Of a stretch of 64,000 nucleotides of DNA, positions 28,904-46,820 are shown in pieces. How positions within the stretch are numbered: the stretch's first letter is position 1; every line of letters begins with the position of its first letter. Below the pieces are notes generated by a model. That model made no database searches. It saw only the letters and a program-made list of their open reading frames with translations, and was not told where the DNA came from. The position numbers were made by a program, and so were the translations under genes. The stretch comes from Eledone cirrhosa (taxonomy: Eukaryota): NCBI GenBank assembly GCA_964016885.1, contig OZ024742.1:118420001-118484000 (forward strand), read 5' to 3'.

Positions 28904-29405
28904 TGTAAAAGGTAAACAGAAATAACAACACAAACGTTACAGTATATGGAAGGAATATATTAGTTTAACGCTTGAAATACCAGGAAGAGGGTTTTAACGT
29001 TTCCGATGCTAATCCTTCATCAGAAGAAAGAATGAGAAGTTAGAAAGATTGAGGGGACGGCCAGGGCAGATTCAAAAGTTACTTTTTCTAATAATTACAT
29101 ATCTCAATAAAAAGAAAGAATATAAAGATAAAGTATCAACTGAGAGAAGTAATTAAACATTAACCATAAGACAAAATATCAATTTGACGGGTATAGTGTC
29201 CCCAATCAGGCTTTCTGGAATTAAGAAACAATATTAATTAATTCAACACACTGAAACAACCAATATTGGGAGAAAAAAATTATTCCATCTTCAAGGAGAA
29301 AGTTCTTTGGAACTAAAGGAAATATCGAATAAATAGTATACAGACCATATCGTTGCTGAGACAACGTGGTGTCCAACAGGTTGCGTCATTGAACCACTAA
29401 GTGAA

Positions 29406-29514
<109 letters not shown>

Positions 29515-29796
29515 AAACCGGAATTGTGTTAACTACCAATCACCCAGGCAGCTTTGGTAATACTGTTTCGCAAAATTAATTGTGAAGAGGAATACCGATT
29601 CTTTTCTTGATTTATTCTTAAATTGAGTCTGGCAAACCCTATTGTCTATAGTTAGTATTCTTTTAGTAGGCTGCTATTTTTAGTGGTGTGAGTTTGTGAG
29701 ACACGTTAAGTTCAGATACCATGTGCGTTATTATATATACGCACACTATTCAGTTTTTTAATATACTTAGAAGTGTCCAGGATACTAATTCTTCAG

Positions 29797-29868
29797 CCAC
29801 TGATGAGCAAGAATTGGTATTCCTCTTCACAATTAATTTTGCGAAACAGCATTACCAAAGTTGTCTGG
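29797..29868 (+). ncRNA. Canonical type I hammerhead with a full stem III
   Basis: cca-CTGATGA-gcaa...ttgc-GAAA-cagc-attaccaaa-gtt-GTC-tgg; partial inverted copy at 29522-29602. Confidence 0.8.
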
Positions 29869-30038
29869 GTGATCGGTAGTTACCACAATTCGCTGTTTGT
29901 ATTTATTTTCTTGATTTATTCTTAAATTGAGTCTGGCAAACCCTATTGTCTATAGTTAGTATTCTTTTCACCTTAGCGAATCTGGTCCCTTACGATTTGA
30001 ACACATATATGTATATATCTGTGTTCGTTTTTCTTTTA

Positions 30039-30117
<79 letters not shown>

Positions 30118-30151
30118 TTTCTGAATTTGTTTAGCAAGATTCTTTGAAGAT

Positions 30152-30192
30152 TCACTGAAGAGGTCACAGAATGTGTGACGAAAGAACTTTGA
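30152..30192 (+). ncRNA. Minimal hammerhead motif
   Basis: tca-CTGAAGA-g-gtcaca-gaatg-tgtgac-GAAA-gaac-TT-tga. Confidence 0.72.
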
Positions 30193-30376
30193 CAATATAT
30201 GAACAATCGTCTGGTTGTGGAACCAACCAACCAACAGGAAATTTATAAGTTCCTAAATTTATAAATTTAATTTATAATAAATTGAAGTGAAAGCAACTGG
30301 TGCGTGTGTTTCTTATTGGCAACATGACCCTCCCAAAGCATAAGAATATATATCTAGAATTATATATATAATTTTT

Positions 30377-30454
<78 letters not shown>

Positions 30455-30460
<6 letters not shown>

Positions 30461-30670
30461 GCAGATGCGAATGATTTCTACATGACTACCATTGGTTGAT
30501 TCGGTTGACATCATAAGACTGGTTTCCGTGCAGTTAACATCTACTAGATACCAGACAATCGCCCACCCGGATGACATTAATCGAAGACACTTTCCCAAGG
30601 TGTCACACAGCAAGAGAGAACCAGAAAGCATGTGATTGCAAAGCCAACACTTTTACCACAGCTATGCCTG
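30455..30670 (-). mobile_element. Degenerate tRNA/CORE-like SINE
   Basis: Minus strand starts aggcatagctgtggtaaaagtg and contains gacaccttgggaaagtgtct. Confidence 0.5.
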
Positions 30671-31230
30671 CACAGACGAATAAGTTTGTGGAAGTTATAT
30701 AAGAATTGAGCTATTCATATTTTCTCCATTTCAGTGAAAAGTATTTGATTTTATTATGAAGAAACATCGGATAAATATTATCACCGAAAAATCATATCAT
30801 CTCCTCAGATGCTTCCCACTAAATTTTGGAGAATATTGCCTACCCAAGATAAAAATACCTTCTCTTTGATTACAATCATTGACTTCCCTGCTCATGCAGT
30901 ATAAGCAATAGCAATCTTAACATAAATTTCAAGAGAAAATGAATATACAAACAGAAATGAGATGTTTGTCTTGTGTACCATACATCCAAGTTTTATACTT
31001 GGCGCCTGACTGTCTTCAAATAGTATATAAATAACAGGTACAGTCGGCTCTTAAATCATAAAATGTGTTGAACCATGAATGGTAGTGAGTGGTTTTGCAT
31101 AAAAGCATCTTTCTTGAATAAAGTATATTACAAACTGTGGCCGCAGAGCAGATCAGCGAACCTGCTCTGCTGAAAGAAATGATTGCAATCTCTACTATAT
31201 ACATATCACAATACAATATGTATTCTTATA

Positions 31231-31357
<127 letters not shown>

Positions 31358-31392
31358 GGGGGCAGGAGTGAAAGAGAAAGAGAGAGTGAGAG

Positions 31393-31443
<51 letters not shown>

Positions 31444-31533
31444 CATTTGGAATTAGCTAGAGGAGCTTTAATAAATATTTATATATAGGATAGTATACAC
31501 TAATCGTGCACTGAATAAATACAATATGTATGA

Positions 31534-31599
<66 letters not shown>

Positions 31600-31609
31600 A
31601 TATATATAT

Positions 31610-34157
31610 ACACGAAAGCCTTCCTGGGCGAGGAATGTACTTCCCAACACAGCCTAGCAGTCAGCGACCTCACTGTCAGAGTTAGTCGAACTTTGAAACA
31701 AAAGGCAACTTGGAGAAGATCTAGAAGCTGAAAGGTCCCTCAGCCAGTAACAAATTCAGAAATATCTTACTTGACGCCTATGACAGTTGAGAAGAACGGA
31801 TAGAGACATTCAATGTAGAATAGCACTGGGAGTTCCTAAAAACAACCTACTAAAAGCGGCAGACGAGATCTGTGGTTGGGGAAAGACTACAGGGAGAAGG
31901 AGAGTTTCTTGGTGGTGGAACAATAAGGTAGACGAAGCAATTAAGGCCAAGAGACATACATGGAAACAATTGAAGAATGGGTGGGGAGCAGGATACGTTA
32001 CATAGAGACCAGGAGAGAAGCTAGGCGACAATAGGAGGTGTTCAGGATTACGAGGCAGTGTGTTAGTGAAAATTGCGATGTCATCGGTGAGAAGTGTGTC
32101 AGGGATGATAAAGGTGTACTTGCCGTCAAAGATGCTGAGAAGAAAGAAGCGTAGAAGAGCCATTATAAAATATTACGGAATGAGGAGAATGCATGGGAGA
32201 AAGAGACCCTACTCCAAGTAGACCCCATTGAAGGCCCAGCAGTACCAGTCTGTAGAAGTGTAGTTAGTAAGGCAATTAAGGATATTAAAACTGGGAAAGC
32301 AGCCGGTCCATCAGGAATAGTTGCTGAGATGCTGAAAGTATCTGGGTCAGTAGGACACACCATAACCACGCGTATTGTAAACCAAGTAATACTGGATGGC
32401 GTCATACCATATGAGTGGTGCAGCAGCATCATTGTCAATTGCTATAAGAGTAAAGGGGTTGCGCTAGATAGAGGTAACTATAGAAGTATAAAACTGATGG
32501 ACCAGGTAATGAAAGTAACAGAAAGTGTCATAGCACCGTTAATTAGGGACAGGGTAAATCGAGATGAGATGCAGTTTGGATTTGTGCCTGGCAAAAGCAC
32601 CACTGATGCCCTCTTCCTTGTGACACAGTTACGGGAAAAGTACCTTGCTAAAAGTAAGCCTCTCCACCTAATATTTGTTGATCTGGAGAAAGCTTTCAAC
32701 AGAGTGCCCGTGACATAATTTGGTGGGCTCATTAGAAAACTGGGAGTAGATGAGTGGCTTTTGAAAGCTGTACAAGCCATGTATAGAGGAGCTGTCAGTA
32801 AAGTCAGGATTAACAATGATTATAGAGAGGAATTTAGTGTACAAGTTGGCGTCCACCAGGGCTATGTCCTTAGCCCGCTTCTGTTTGTTATCGTTTTGCA
32901 GGCTATAACAGAGGAGTTTAAGACCGACTGCCCATGGGAACCTCTGTACGCAGATGATCTTACGCTCATAGCTGAATCCATGGTGGAACTAGAGAAGAAA
33001 TTCCAAACACGGAAGCAGGGCCTAGAAAGAAGGGGTCTTAAAGTCAACCTGACCAAGACTAAGGTCCTAGTAAGTAGAAGAGAAAACAAAACCCAGATCT
33101 CCTCAGGGAAATGGCCTTCTCCAGTATGTAGGAAAGGTGTTGGTAGAAATTCCATCGTCTGCCCATATGCAAAATGTGGGTACACAATATATGTAATGGG
33201 ATCTCAGAAAGTTTAGCTAAGAATGTAGGCTTTATATGTGGCAGTTGCACTGGAAAAGTAAGCAGCAAACGACCGCAGGACACAAGCGCTACCAAATTCT
33301 CAGAAGGCTCTGTAGAAACAGTATATAGCTTCTGCTACTTAGGTGACCGAATTAGCAGCGGTGGTGGGTGTTCTGAAAGTACAGTAGGCAGAGTAAGAAC
33401 GGAATGGAGGAAGTTCAGGGAGCTACTATTATTGCTGGCTACAAAAGTCTTCTCCCTCAGAATGAAAGGCAGACTGTATGATGCGTGCGTATGTACATCT
33501 ATGTTACATGGTAGTGAGTCTTAGGCGCTGTGTGTAGAAGACTTGCATAGATTGGAAAGAAATGAAGCTTGCATGCTCCGATGGATATGTAGTAATAGTA
33601 ATATGCGAGAACGACGAAGCATAAATGAACTGAGAGAGAAACTAGGCATAAGAGGAATCAAATGCTGCGTTCAGGAGAGTCGATTGCGTTGGTATGGACA
33701 TGTGTTGCGTATGAAGGATGACAGCTGGTGAGCGCTCAAAGTTGTTGGAAGCCATGGAGTGGGGAGACCAAGGAAGACCTGGGATGAGGTGATAAAAACC
33801 GACCTTGCCCAAATGCACCTCTCAGAGATGACACATGACCGGGATCTCTGGCGATATGCAGTAATACAGAAGATCCGACTTCCCACGAGCACAAGCTGAA
33901 GCATATGTACAGTGTCCTCTCACCCCACCCCCACCCCCCTCCACAGCCCACGCTGTAAAATGGACGTGTAAAAGACACGGCAAAAAGCGTCCAGCCCACA
34001 CTGCCAATGTGGTTGGGGTTAGGAAGGGCATCCAGCCGTAGAAAACCAGCCAGAAGAACCCCTATATGAGCGTGACATGGTCATCCGACACAGCTTACCT
34101 CTAAATGGGACCCGTCTAACCCATGCTAGCGTGGGAGATGAACGTTAATCGATGATG
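31610..34157 (+). mobile_element. Decayed RTE-clade LINE (endonuclease end, RT, PHD-like Cys cluster, (GAT)n tail)
   Basis: SWWWN, GKAAGPSG, NYRSIKL, QFGFVPGKSTTDA, FVDLEKAF, GVHQG..LSP, YADDL, RLRWYGHV; many stops and frameshifts. Confidence 0.92.
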
Positions 34158-35254
34158 TTGATGATGATAATGATGATCTATATATATATATATATATAAT
34201 ACACACACACACACATACATACACACGCACATATTTTCTACCTAACCATAGAAATTGTTTACCTGCTCTCTTATAGAGTATGTTAATTAGATTGTTTAAA
34301 TACATTTAGTTTTGATTTTGTATTTTTTAAATCTTGTATCTTATAAATTTGATACCTGTAATGTCTTCAGACTTGTAAACCGTTTAATTACTTTAAATGT
34401 TTGTTTACGTCTTACGATAAATGTTTACATTTATCGTATAAAAGTTTCGTTTTTCTAAATTGATTAAAAATCTAGTTAAATCAAATTTATAACACTCTTA
34501 AGTGTAATTATAACTAATAATTAATATTATATATAATCGACAATATCGATTTAAATTTTATAATTTATATATGAACTATACAAATGCTTATATCTAAATA
34601 AATCTGGTTTAATAATATCATATTTACTACATTTACAAGCTTTATGGTTAGTTAATAACATTTTTAACTTTAATCTTTCTAACTAAATTATTGACTATAT
34701 TTAATAATTTAAATATACTCTTGATTACCCTTGGAGTTATGTTAAAGTATCTTTTTCACTTTATATTTGTTTTAATTTTGATATAATACAATAATATAGG
34801 TTCTTTCAAATATTATAGTCTAAAAATTTCAAATTATTTAACTAATTGATTATTTCTAATTAAATTAATATTTGGAAAAAAACGGTCACGCATCATATAC
34901 CTTGATTCTCCTTCTTTGATATTTCATCGCATTAAAAATCATATACCTCAGGTTGGTGCGAGCAATAACTAAAAAAAGCTATTGGGACAAGTAAATCGCG
35001 TAAAGCGAGTGAGACAAGTAAACAACATAGAAGGATGAAAGCAACGCAAAGATAGGAATAAACAAGCAACATGGTTATCCGGTCAGCATAAGCTGGGTGG
35101 ATTTCATGAGCGACCAAGATACAGACCGTCCGACGTGAGTGAGATGTGAGCAAGAAGAGAACTCACTACTAGCCAAACGGGAGGAAGTGAGAAGGGGAGA
35201 AACAGAGAGTGAGTGAGTGAGTGGAAGTGGAATATATATATATATATATATATA

Positions 35255-36873
<1,619 letters not shown>

Positions 36874-37244
36874 CGAAGGAATTGTGGTAAGGAACCAGAT
36901 GGACCCCAACGCACCAAAGTACTCCATACTTAGGGTAGTAGAGTGCCGTCGGGGTCATACTTGTTCCTATATATATATACTAAAGTATAATTATTATTTG
37001 CAATGGATTGGCAGAATCAGTACCATGTCGGTAATATGCTTTGTGTCGTTTGTTCCTGCTCTTTACGTTCTGATTCCAAAGGTTTGCTTTGTCTATCATC
37101 CTCATGGGACCCATAAAATAAAGTACCAGTAACGTACTGCGGTCGATTTAATCGACTTTCCTCAAAATTGTTGGGCTTGTGCTTAAATCAAAAACCATTA
37201 TATGTAGTCTTCGAAATACACAGTCACAATTAAAAATAATAAAC

Positions 37245-37374
<130 letters not shown>

Positions 37375-37575
37375 CGTGTGCGTGTGTGTGTGTGCGTGCG
37401 TGTGTGTTTGTATATTTATTTGGAAACATTTGGATGTATGTAGGTGCATATATACATACACGCACGCACACACACATTTGTGTATTTCTAATTTATTTCT
37501 CATTCTAGCTTCTGAGGAAGGACCAGTGTCCGAAAGATTAGGACTCTTTTCCTACTATATCCTGCGTTAAACTAA

Positions 37576-37613
<38 letters not shown>

Positions 37614-37615
<2 letters not shown>

Positions 37616-37922
37616 AGACCCCTTTTGGTCACGAATGACTATGTGATTTGCGCCTAGAAAGTACCCTCCGAGGCACAAGACCGGGCAAGGCAGTCGCCCA
37701 AGTATGCCAGCCTCCCTTCTCCACGTTACCGATGATGTCCAAGGGAAATGCTATGGCCGATATAGCTTGGCACCAGTGGCGCCACAACTCATTTCTACAG
37801 CTGAGTAAACTGGAGCAACGTGAGATAAAGTGTCTTGCTCAAGGATACAACGCATTACCCGGTCCGAGAATCGAACTCACAACCTTTCGGTTGCAAGCCC
37901 AACGCTCTAACCACTAAGCCAT
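37614..37922 (-). mobile_element. tRNA-derived CORE-like SINE
   Basis: A-box tggcttagtggttagagc, B-box gagttcgattc, core tccttgagcaagacacttta. Confidence 0.8.
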
Positions 37923-38429
37923 ACTGTATTGTTTGCTTTGTTATTTCCGTTTACATTTCGCATACATACACACTGATACATACACACACCACACATACAC
38001 AGATATATAGAGAGAGAGAGCGACAGGGAGGGAGAAAGAGATAGAGGATGAAAGATAGAGGGTTAGGGAATATTAACATTAATTTTTATATGCTAGGTTC
38101 GTGACATTGGGCGATACTCATTACAAAAGTCAGTTTGATCAGTCTTCTGTCGTAAGAAAGGGTCGTTTGTATATATGAAATAGATAAGGCATATTAAAAG
38201 ACTAAAAAAATCGGTGAAGTTTCATGACCAAAATAGAGATTCCAGCTACACTGTAAGAGTGAACTAAATATCTTGAAAGTAATAAATAATGTACTATCAT
38301 ACAGCTAATCAGATATATTTCGTAGAATGCGCTGCAGTGCAGTTTGCTTCTATTTTCCGACAAAAATATAACTTCCACGTTTTGTCTGCACCCTGTTCCC
38401 CTTTGTAAATATAAACACTCACACACTAC

Positions 38430-38483
<54 letters not shown>

Positions 38484-38509
38484 TCGTGTGTGTTTGTGTG
38501 CGTGTGGGG

Positions 38510-38566
<57 letters not shown>

Positions 38567-38584
38567 GTAGTGTGTGAGTGTTTA

Positions 38585-38621
<37 letters not shown>

Positions 38622-38929
38622 TCATGTTTGGACTTCAGTTCATGAATTTCAGATTGAGTTTTGGTGGCGCCGTCTTGAAGCATGGCATATCTTGGTTATC
38701 TAAATATGGCGGGTTCATCCTTCTGCAAGTTTCATAACAAATGAGAAATGAAGAGAAACAACAATCAAACAAACAACAGCTAACAGAGAAGAATGGGCTT
38801 CAACATTGGTCTGATACTTTATATTCCAACTTTGATATTATAAATATTCTTGATTACTGAGTGCCTTCTACCAGATTTTTGGAGCAGCTTTGTGACTATG
38901 TTTGTAATATCGAGTGCATATATTGAAGG

Positions 38930-39170
38930 CTTCTTCGTTTTCTTCGTCCTCTTAATCATGAGAAGGTCGTTAGAGCAGTCTCCTCAAACACTCTTCCCAG
39001 TGGGTCCTGCCAGAAACAATCATCTCCAACTGATCCAGCTGGATCCCCAAGTGAGATCAGCCAAACTAATTGATGTTATCCAACCATCTTGCTCGGGATC
39101 TACCCCTGGGTGGGTCTCCTGCCGGTTGGTTTTACCCGTAAAATCTGTCCAGCGATTCTTTCCTGAGGCT
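38930..39170 (-). mobile_element. 3' end of an RTE-clade LINE
   Basis: Similar to 1100-1250 (atccaaccatcttgctcg...); encodes an RxRARWLD-like motif. Confidence 0.55.
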
Positions 39171-39777
39171 TTAGAAAAAATAATCGAAGAATAAAAGAAT
39201 ATATCATTTTTTAAATAACTAAATATTCCACTCTTATTCAACCAGAAGCATGGGTGTAAAATCCACCAGTCTTCTTTTCCTAATGCGTAGAATGCCTAGC
39301 AGTAGACTCCCGAGTAACCAAGTTACAAATTTAGTTGCGATCCTAAGTAAAGCAATTAAATTAATTAATTACTTATGCCAATGCCACAGTATCCTATTTT
39401 CAGTTATCTACTTACCCAAGATATATGTCTATGTAATTATTCGTAGATACGTAATGCTATATACTGTTGCAAAAGAGAGCAGAGCAGACAACAGAACACT
39501 ACATTGTCTTACTATAGAAGTTTAATGATTCAGATATGTGATACTAAAGCCAGTTGGAATGGATATTACTGAAGTTCATCCATAGATCGATATTTTATTC
39601 TTTTATTCTTTTACTGGTTTCAGTCATTAGACTGTAGTCATGCTGAGGTTCCATCTTGATTCAATACATCACATTTCATCGATCCTTTTTTGTCAAAACG
39701 CTAAGGTATGAGACAAACACAAAACATAACACAAGTGGACACACATATACATATGTATGGGTATATACGTATGTATA

Positions 39778-39841
<64 letters not shown>

Positions 39842-39891
39842 TATATCTATCTGTATCTTCATATATGGGGGGGGGCGGATATATCTATATA

Positions 39892-39948
<57 letters not shown>

Positions 39949-40039
39949 ATAATAATAAATTTGAAGACTAAAATCCAAAGAGGGCTCGATAAGCGATTCT
40001 TTGCTTAAACTTTAATCTGTTATTTTAATAAATAAATAA

Positions 40040-40074
<35 letters not shown>

Positions 40075-40076
<2 letters not shown>

Positions 40077-40782
40077 TGGAATGAATACAAAGGAGAATAT
40101 AGCGTTAAAACGTGTTTATATAAAAATGCAACTTCGTACGTTTCGCCCAAAGAGGGCTTCTCAAGGGCATAGAAAACAAAAAGAAGGTTCAGTACGTGAT
40201 CCAGGAGGGGTTTTAGGGTTAAATTTACATCAGAGTTCATTCTTCGTTCAAGCACGTGTGTTGTTTTTGCCACAGAGCAAGGGTAGTAACTCTGGCCGGT
40301 GCTTGAATAATCGTCCCACACTGCTCTTTACCCGTTCACATGATGGTGTTTTCCGTTATTATTTTGTGGGTGCTGCTTTACTATTGCCGATTCGAGCTGG
40401 GTCTGGGATGCATAGTTGGTTCACAGATGTTTATTTATACCGCCTGCCCACCGGAGTGCTATGGTTTGGGTAGGGGGACCCAGTTTATGGTTCTCATGCC
40501 ACAGTCGGTTCCCATCCGAAGTAAGACGCTGTATTCGGTGCCTGCAGTTTATAACCGATTCGGCTCTGCTATTTATGAGTTCAATGGGTGTTCTTATGAT
40601 ATAGTAAAGCTCCATGAGGCAAAGCTCGCACTTCCTCTTGGAATTGTAGGGTGCAGCCCTGCCGACAATACCCCAGTGTGTGGAGAAGCTGATGTTGGTG
40701 TCAAGTATTGAACACATTTGCACAAGCTATTGGAAACTAAATATATGTATCGCTTATCTCGTCTCCTCTCTCTCGATACTTA

Positions 40783-40790
<8 letters not shown>
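40075..40790 (-). mobile_element. Short diverged copy of the 13760-16370 Naiad PLE with its terminal segment inverted
   Basis: GIY-YIG C-terminus (KRKCELCLMEL) at 40530-40700; HHR 40128-40170; 40700-40790 is the reverse complement of the 13760-13850 homologue. Confidence 0.8.
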
Positions 40791-40815
<25 letters not shown>

Positions 40816-40816
40816 C

Positions 40817-42790
40817 GACGTCCTGGTAAACTCAAGACCTCTTCCCAAACAGCCCTGAATTTCACCGCAGACGCTGGCGATAGCTAACTGTCGTCGTAAA
40901 GCTCGCCAGCGCGATGACAAGAATGAGTACTGCCGGCTCAACCGGATACGCAACAAGGCGATCACGGATGACCGGGAGAAGTTTTGGACGGAAGAAGTCA
41001 AGCACCTGGAGACAACGGCAAGGAACAACAACCTCAATCAAGTATTCAATACACCCCCACAGAGCCCGTGCCGGTCTCCGTATCAGGACAGCCCTAGTGA
41101 AGGATACCAATGCCAACGTCATCACCACTGAAACTACCTGCCTCGAACGCTGAAAGGAGTACTTCAGCCTTCTTCTACATCATCCACCCATCCCAATCGA
41201 TCCCTGCCTAACCACCACCGTAGACACAGCTGCAGCCAACGACTCCTGCGGACACGATCCTATCACTCTCGATGAAGTCAGAACCCCCCTGAAGAAGTTC
41301 AAAAACCACAAAGTCCCTAGAATCTACATTATCACCGCGGAGATAACATTATTCAGTAACTCACTCGTATCATCAACCACGTATGGGTGTCAGAGCGGCT
41401 CCCGAATGACTGGATCCGAGGCACTACCCTCCGCTTCTGGAAACGGAGGAGCAACAAACTCGTCTGCAGCAACCACACGGGCATCACACTTCTCTCCCTC
41501 CGAAGCAAGGTCTTCACCAAGATTCAGCTCAACCGCACTCTTTCCACCATAGGAAGCGGACATCGCCCACAATAAACCGGATTCATGTCAAATCGATCCA
41601 CCGCCGACCATATTTCTGCCCTCACCCTCCTTATTGAAATATCTCGGGAGTTCCGTAGAGATCGCTGCCTCTACGTCACCTTCGTCGACCTCAAGGCGGC
41701 TTTCGACACGGTCGATCATGCATACCTCTGGAAAATGTTCAAGCTTGTCAGCGCACTTCCCAAGATCACCATCCTGTTCTATAGCAGTGCCGAGAGCTGT
41801 GTTTGTGTGCGAGTGAACGGGAAGGGCTCCGACTGATTCTCCATCAACAGCGAGATCAGACAGGGCTGCATAAATGCCCCTGACCTCTTCTTCAACTGTG
41901 TCATCGATTATCTGATGACCAATGTCTGTGAGCGAGTTTCTGGCGTTATCTTCGTTGAACTACCACCTTACTGACCTGGAGCATGCAGACGACATCACAC
42001 TATTCAGCAACTCGATCGACCATCTCAGAGACCCACTGACCATTTACCCAGAGGAATCAGCAAAGCTTGGTCTTCAGGTAAGCTGGGCAAAGACAAAGGT
42101 AAGCATGTTGGCAATGGCCTGGATCGTCCCCCGCTTCATGTTGGCCCCGACGACGTGAAGTTTGTCAGCTCCTTCATTTACCTGGGGTCGACTGTCACCA
42201 ACAATGGGGACCTGACTCCGGAAATCAGTCGCAGATGTGGCCCCTCTACTGGGGTCATGCACTCACTATGGAAGGCCCTTTGGCGTCATTGTTCTATCAA
42301 CCAGAAGACGAAGCTTCGTACTTACAACACATCGGTCCCCTCCGTTCTCCTCTATGAAACAGAAACGAGACCCCGCACAAAGACTCTAGCAAAGACAATC
42401 GACAGCTTCGATAGCAGAACCCTGAGGACCATCAAAAACATGTTGCCTCGACAGCTTCCCACCTCATAGCTATCCACCGCATGAGCTGGTACGGACATGT
42501 TCTCCGCTTCTCACCAGATCACCCTATCAGGGCCTTACTCTCGTTCGATGCAGTGGCTGCAGGCTGGAAGAGGCCACACGGCATGCCCTGCACCAGATGG
42601 CTGGATGTCATCAGGGAAGATCTCCGGAGGCTTGACATCACCTTAGAGGATGCAGAGAAGCTGACACGGGTCCACCACCGATAGTGGGCGGTGGTGGACT
42701 TGGTTGGCTCTATGCACGACGATGCTTCTGGGATCGCTGAGTTAGGATGACCCCGGCCTTCGAGCAAGAGCAAGAGCAAGAAGAGAAGAA
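40817..42790 (+). mobile_element. Decayed RTE-clade LINE
   Basis: CSNHTGITLLS, RSTADHI, FVDLKAAFD, RQGC..AP, HADDI, FIYLGS, WYGHVLR, GMPCTRWLD; (gagcaa)n tail. Confidence 0.9.
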
Positions 42791-42805
42791 GAGTTTTATA
42801 CACAC

Positions 42806-42838
<33 letters not shown>

Positions 42839-42897
42839 TACACACACATACACACACACACACACACACAAGCACATATATATATGTATATATAAGT

Positions 42898-42985
<88 letters not shown>

Positions 42986-43519
42986 GTGCAGTTTCCGTCA
43001 ACCAAATTCCACCAGAAACTACAATTACAGGACATTGGTCAACCCGCGGTTGTAGGAGAAAGACTTGACCACATCTGTTTATATAAATTGTCATATACTT
43101 AAAATAAAATCGTTCTTAGCTAATTTAAGCTTGTTTTTCTCTTCTGGTCTCTTTCATAAGAGTTAAACAACATGACTAAGAGAAATTATTTATTTTTCCC
43201 GCTTCAAATAGATTTTAGGTTTTAATTAAGTATCTCGTTCAATACCACGGCTAAAGTGCAAGAAAAGCAACAGAAAGAAATAAGAAAAAAATATGTATAC
43301 ACGCACCAAGTATGTAAGTCTAAGTATTGTTGTTCGTTAACTGGCCATGCTGGAGCAAAGCTTTGGAAGAATGTGGCTGAATATATCGAACTCGGGACTT
43401 ATTTTTTCAAGTCTCTCATTTATTTTATCGATCAAATTTTGTTGAATCTATAAGCTGTGGGGATAATAATACTCACATCTACATAGCCCATATATGCATA
43501 TATATATAAATTCTCACGC

Positions 43520-43623
<104 letters not shown>

Positions 43624-43624
43624 T

Positions 43625-45980
<2,356 letters not shown>

Positions 45981-45991
45981 CTTTAGTGTAG

Positions 45992-46037
<46 letters not shown>

Positions 46038-46353
46038 GTCTGAAGATGTAATTCTTTCTATTGGAAATTCTCTGAATTAGTACCATCGAACCACAACTAT
46101 TATAAACATCATGTATATCTCTGTAGGTACTTAGTGCCTATCGGAATATCCATACCCTTTTATAATTTTTCTCCGATATGTAGAGAACAAAACGTTGTAT
46201 CGCGCTGCTATTTTTAGCGGCATGGTCAACAAGTTTATAATAACCCGCCTATTTTTGTGTGTAAGTCACTTTAACGGCTTGACTGCATGCAACGGGCAGG
46301 AAGTGAAATATTAACTTACTATGAGGTTTTATACCCTTATAGCATGGAAATAT

Positions 46354-46431
46354 CTGTCTGAACATCTAATTCTTTCCATTGGAAATTCAGAGAATTTCCA
46401 ATCTTTTGATTAGGGAAACCGTCGGTAACGG
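46354..46431 (+). ncRNA. Hammerhead motif (one core substitution) in a PLE-end fragment; homologue at about 135-240 minus
   Basis: ctgt-CTGAACA-tctaatt..attggaaattc/gaatttccaat..gattagg-GAAA-ccgtcg-GTA-acgg; the partial duplicate at 46036 reads CTGAAGA. Confidence 0.6.
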
Positions 46432-46574
46432 CAATAGAACAGGTGAATATTTAAATCGTTTTTTAATTTATTTAAAAGATTGTTTGATGATTACTTGTTC
46501 CGCTCATTTTTATATATATATATACATACACATACACACACACACACATATATCAGACCCTCCATCTCAACTCA

Positions 46575-46612
46575 CCTTTTGAAAATCAGAAGAACTGCGA
46601 AACCGGTAAAGG
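46575..46612 (+). ncRNA. Variant hammerhead (U3-A8 core); inverted partner 46950-46987
   Basis: cctt-TTGAAAA-(g/t)cag-aagaa-ctgc-GAAA-ccgg-TA-aagg. Confidence 0.7.
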
Positions 46613-46744
46613 AACCAAATAAATATATATATATTTTTTTTTAATAAGACTCCAGTTGCATTTTCGATTTCATCTCTTTTTCTTTATACTTTCACTCGTG
46701 TAGGACACCTCGGTTATATTTCATTTTGTAAAAAAAAACCTGAC

Positions 46745-46812
<68 letters not shown>

Positions 46813-46820
<8 letters not shown>

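Noticed and set aside
37830-37922. tRNA gene
   Set aside because: A and B boxes are present but continue into a SINE core; no complete cloverleaf
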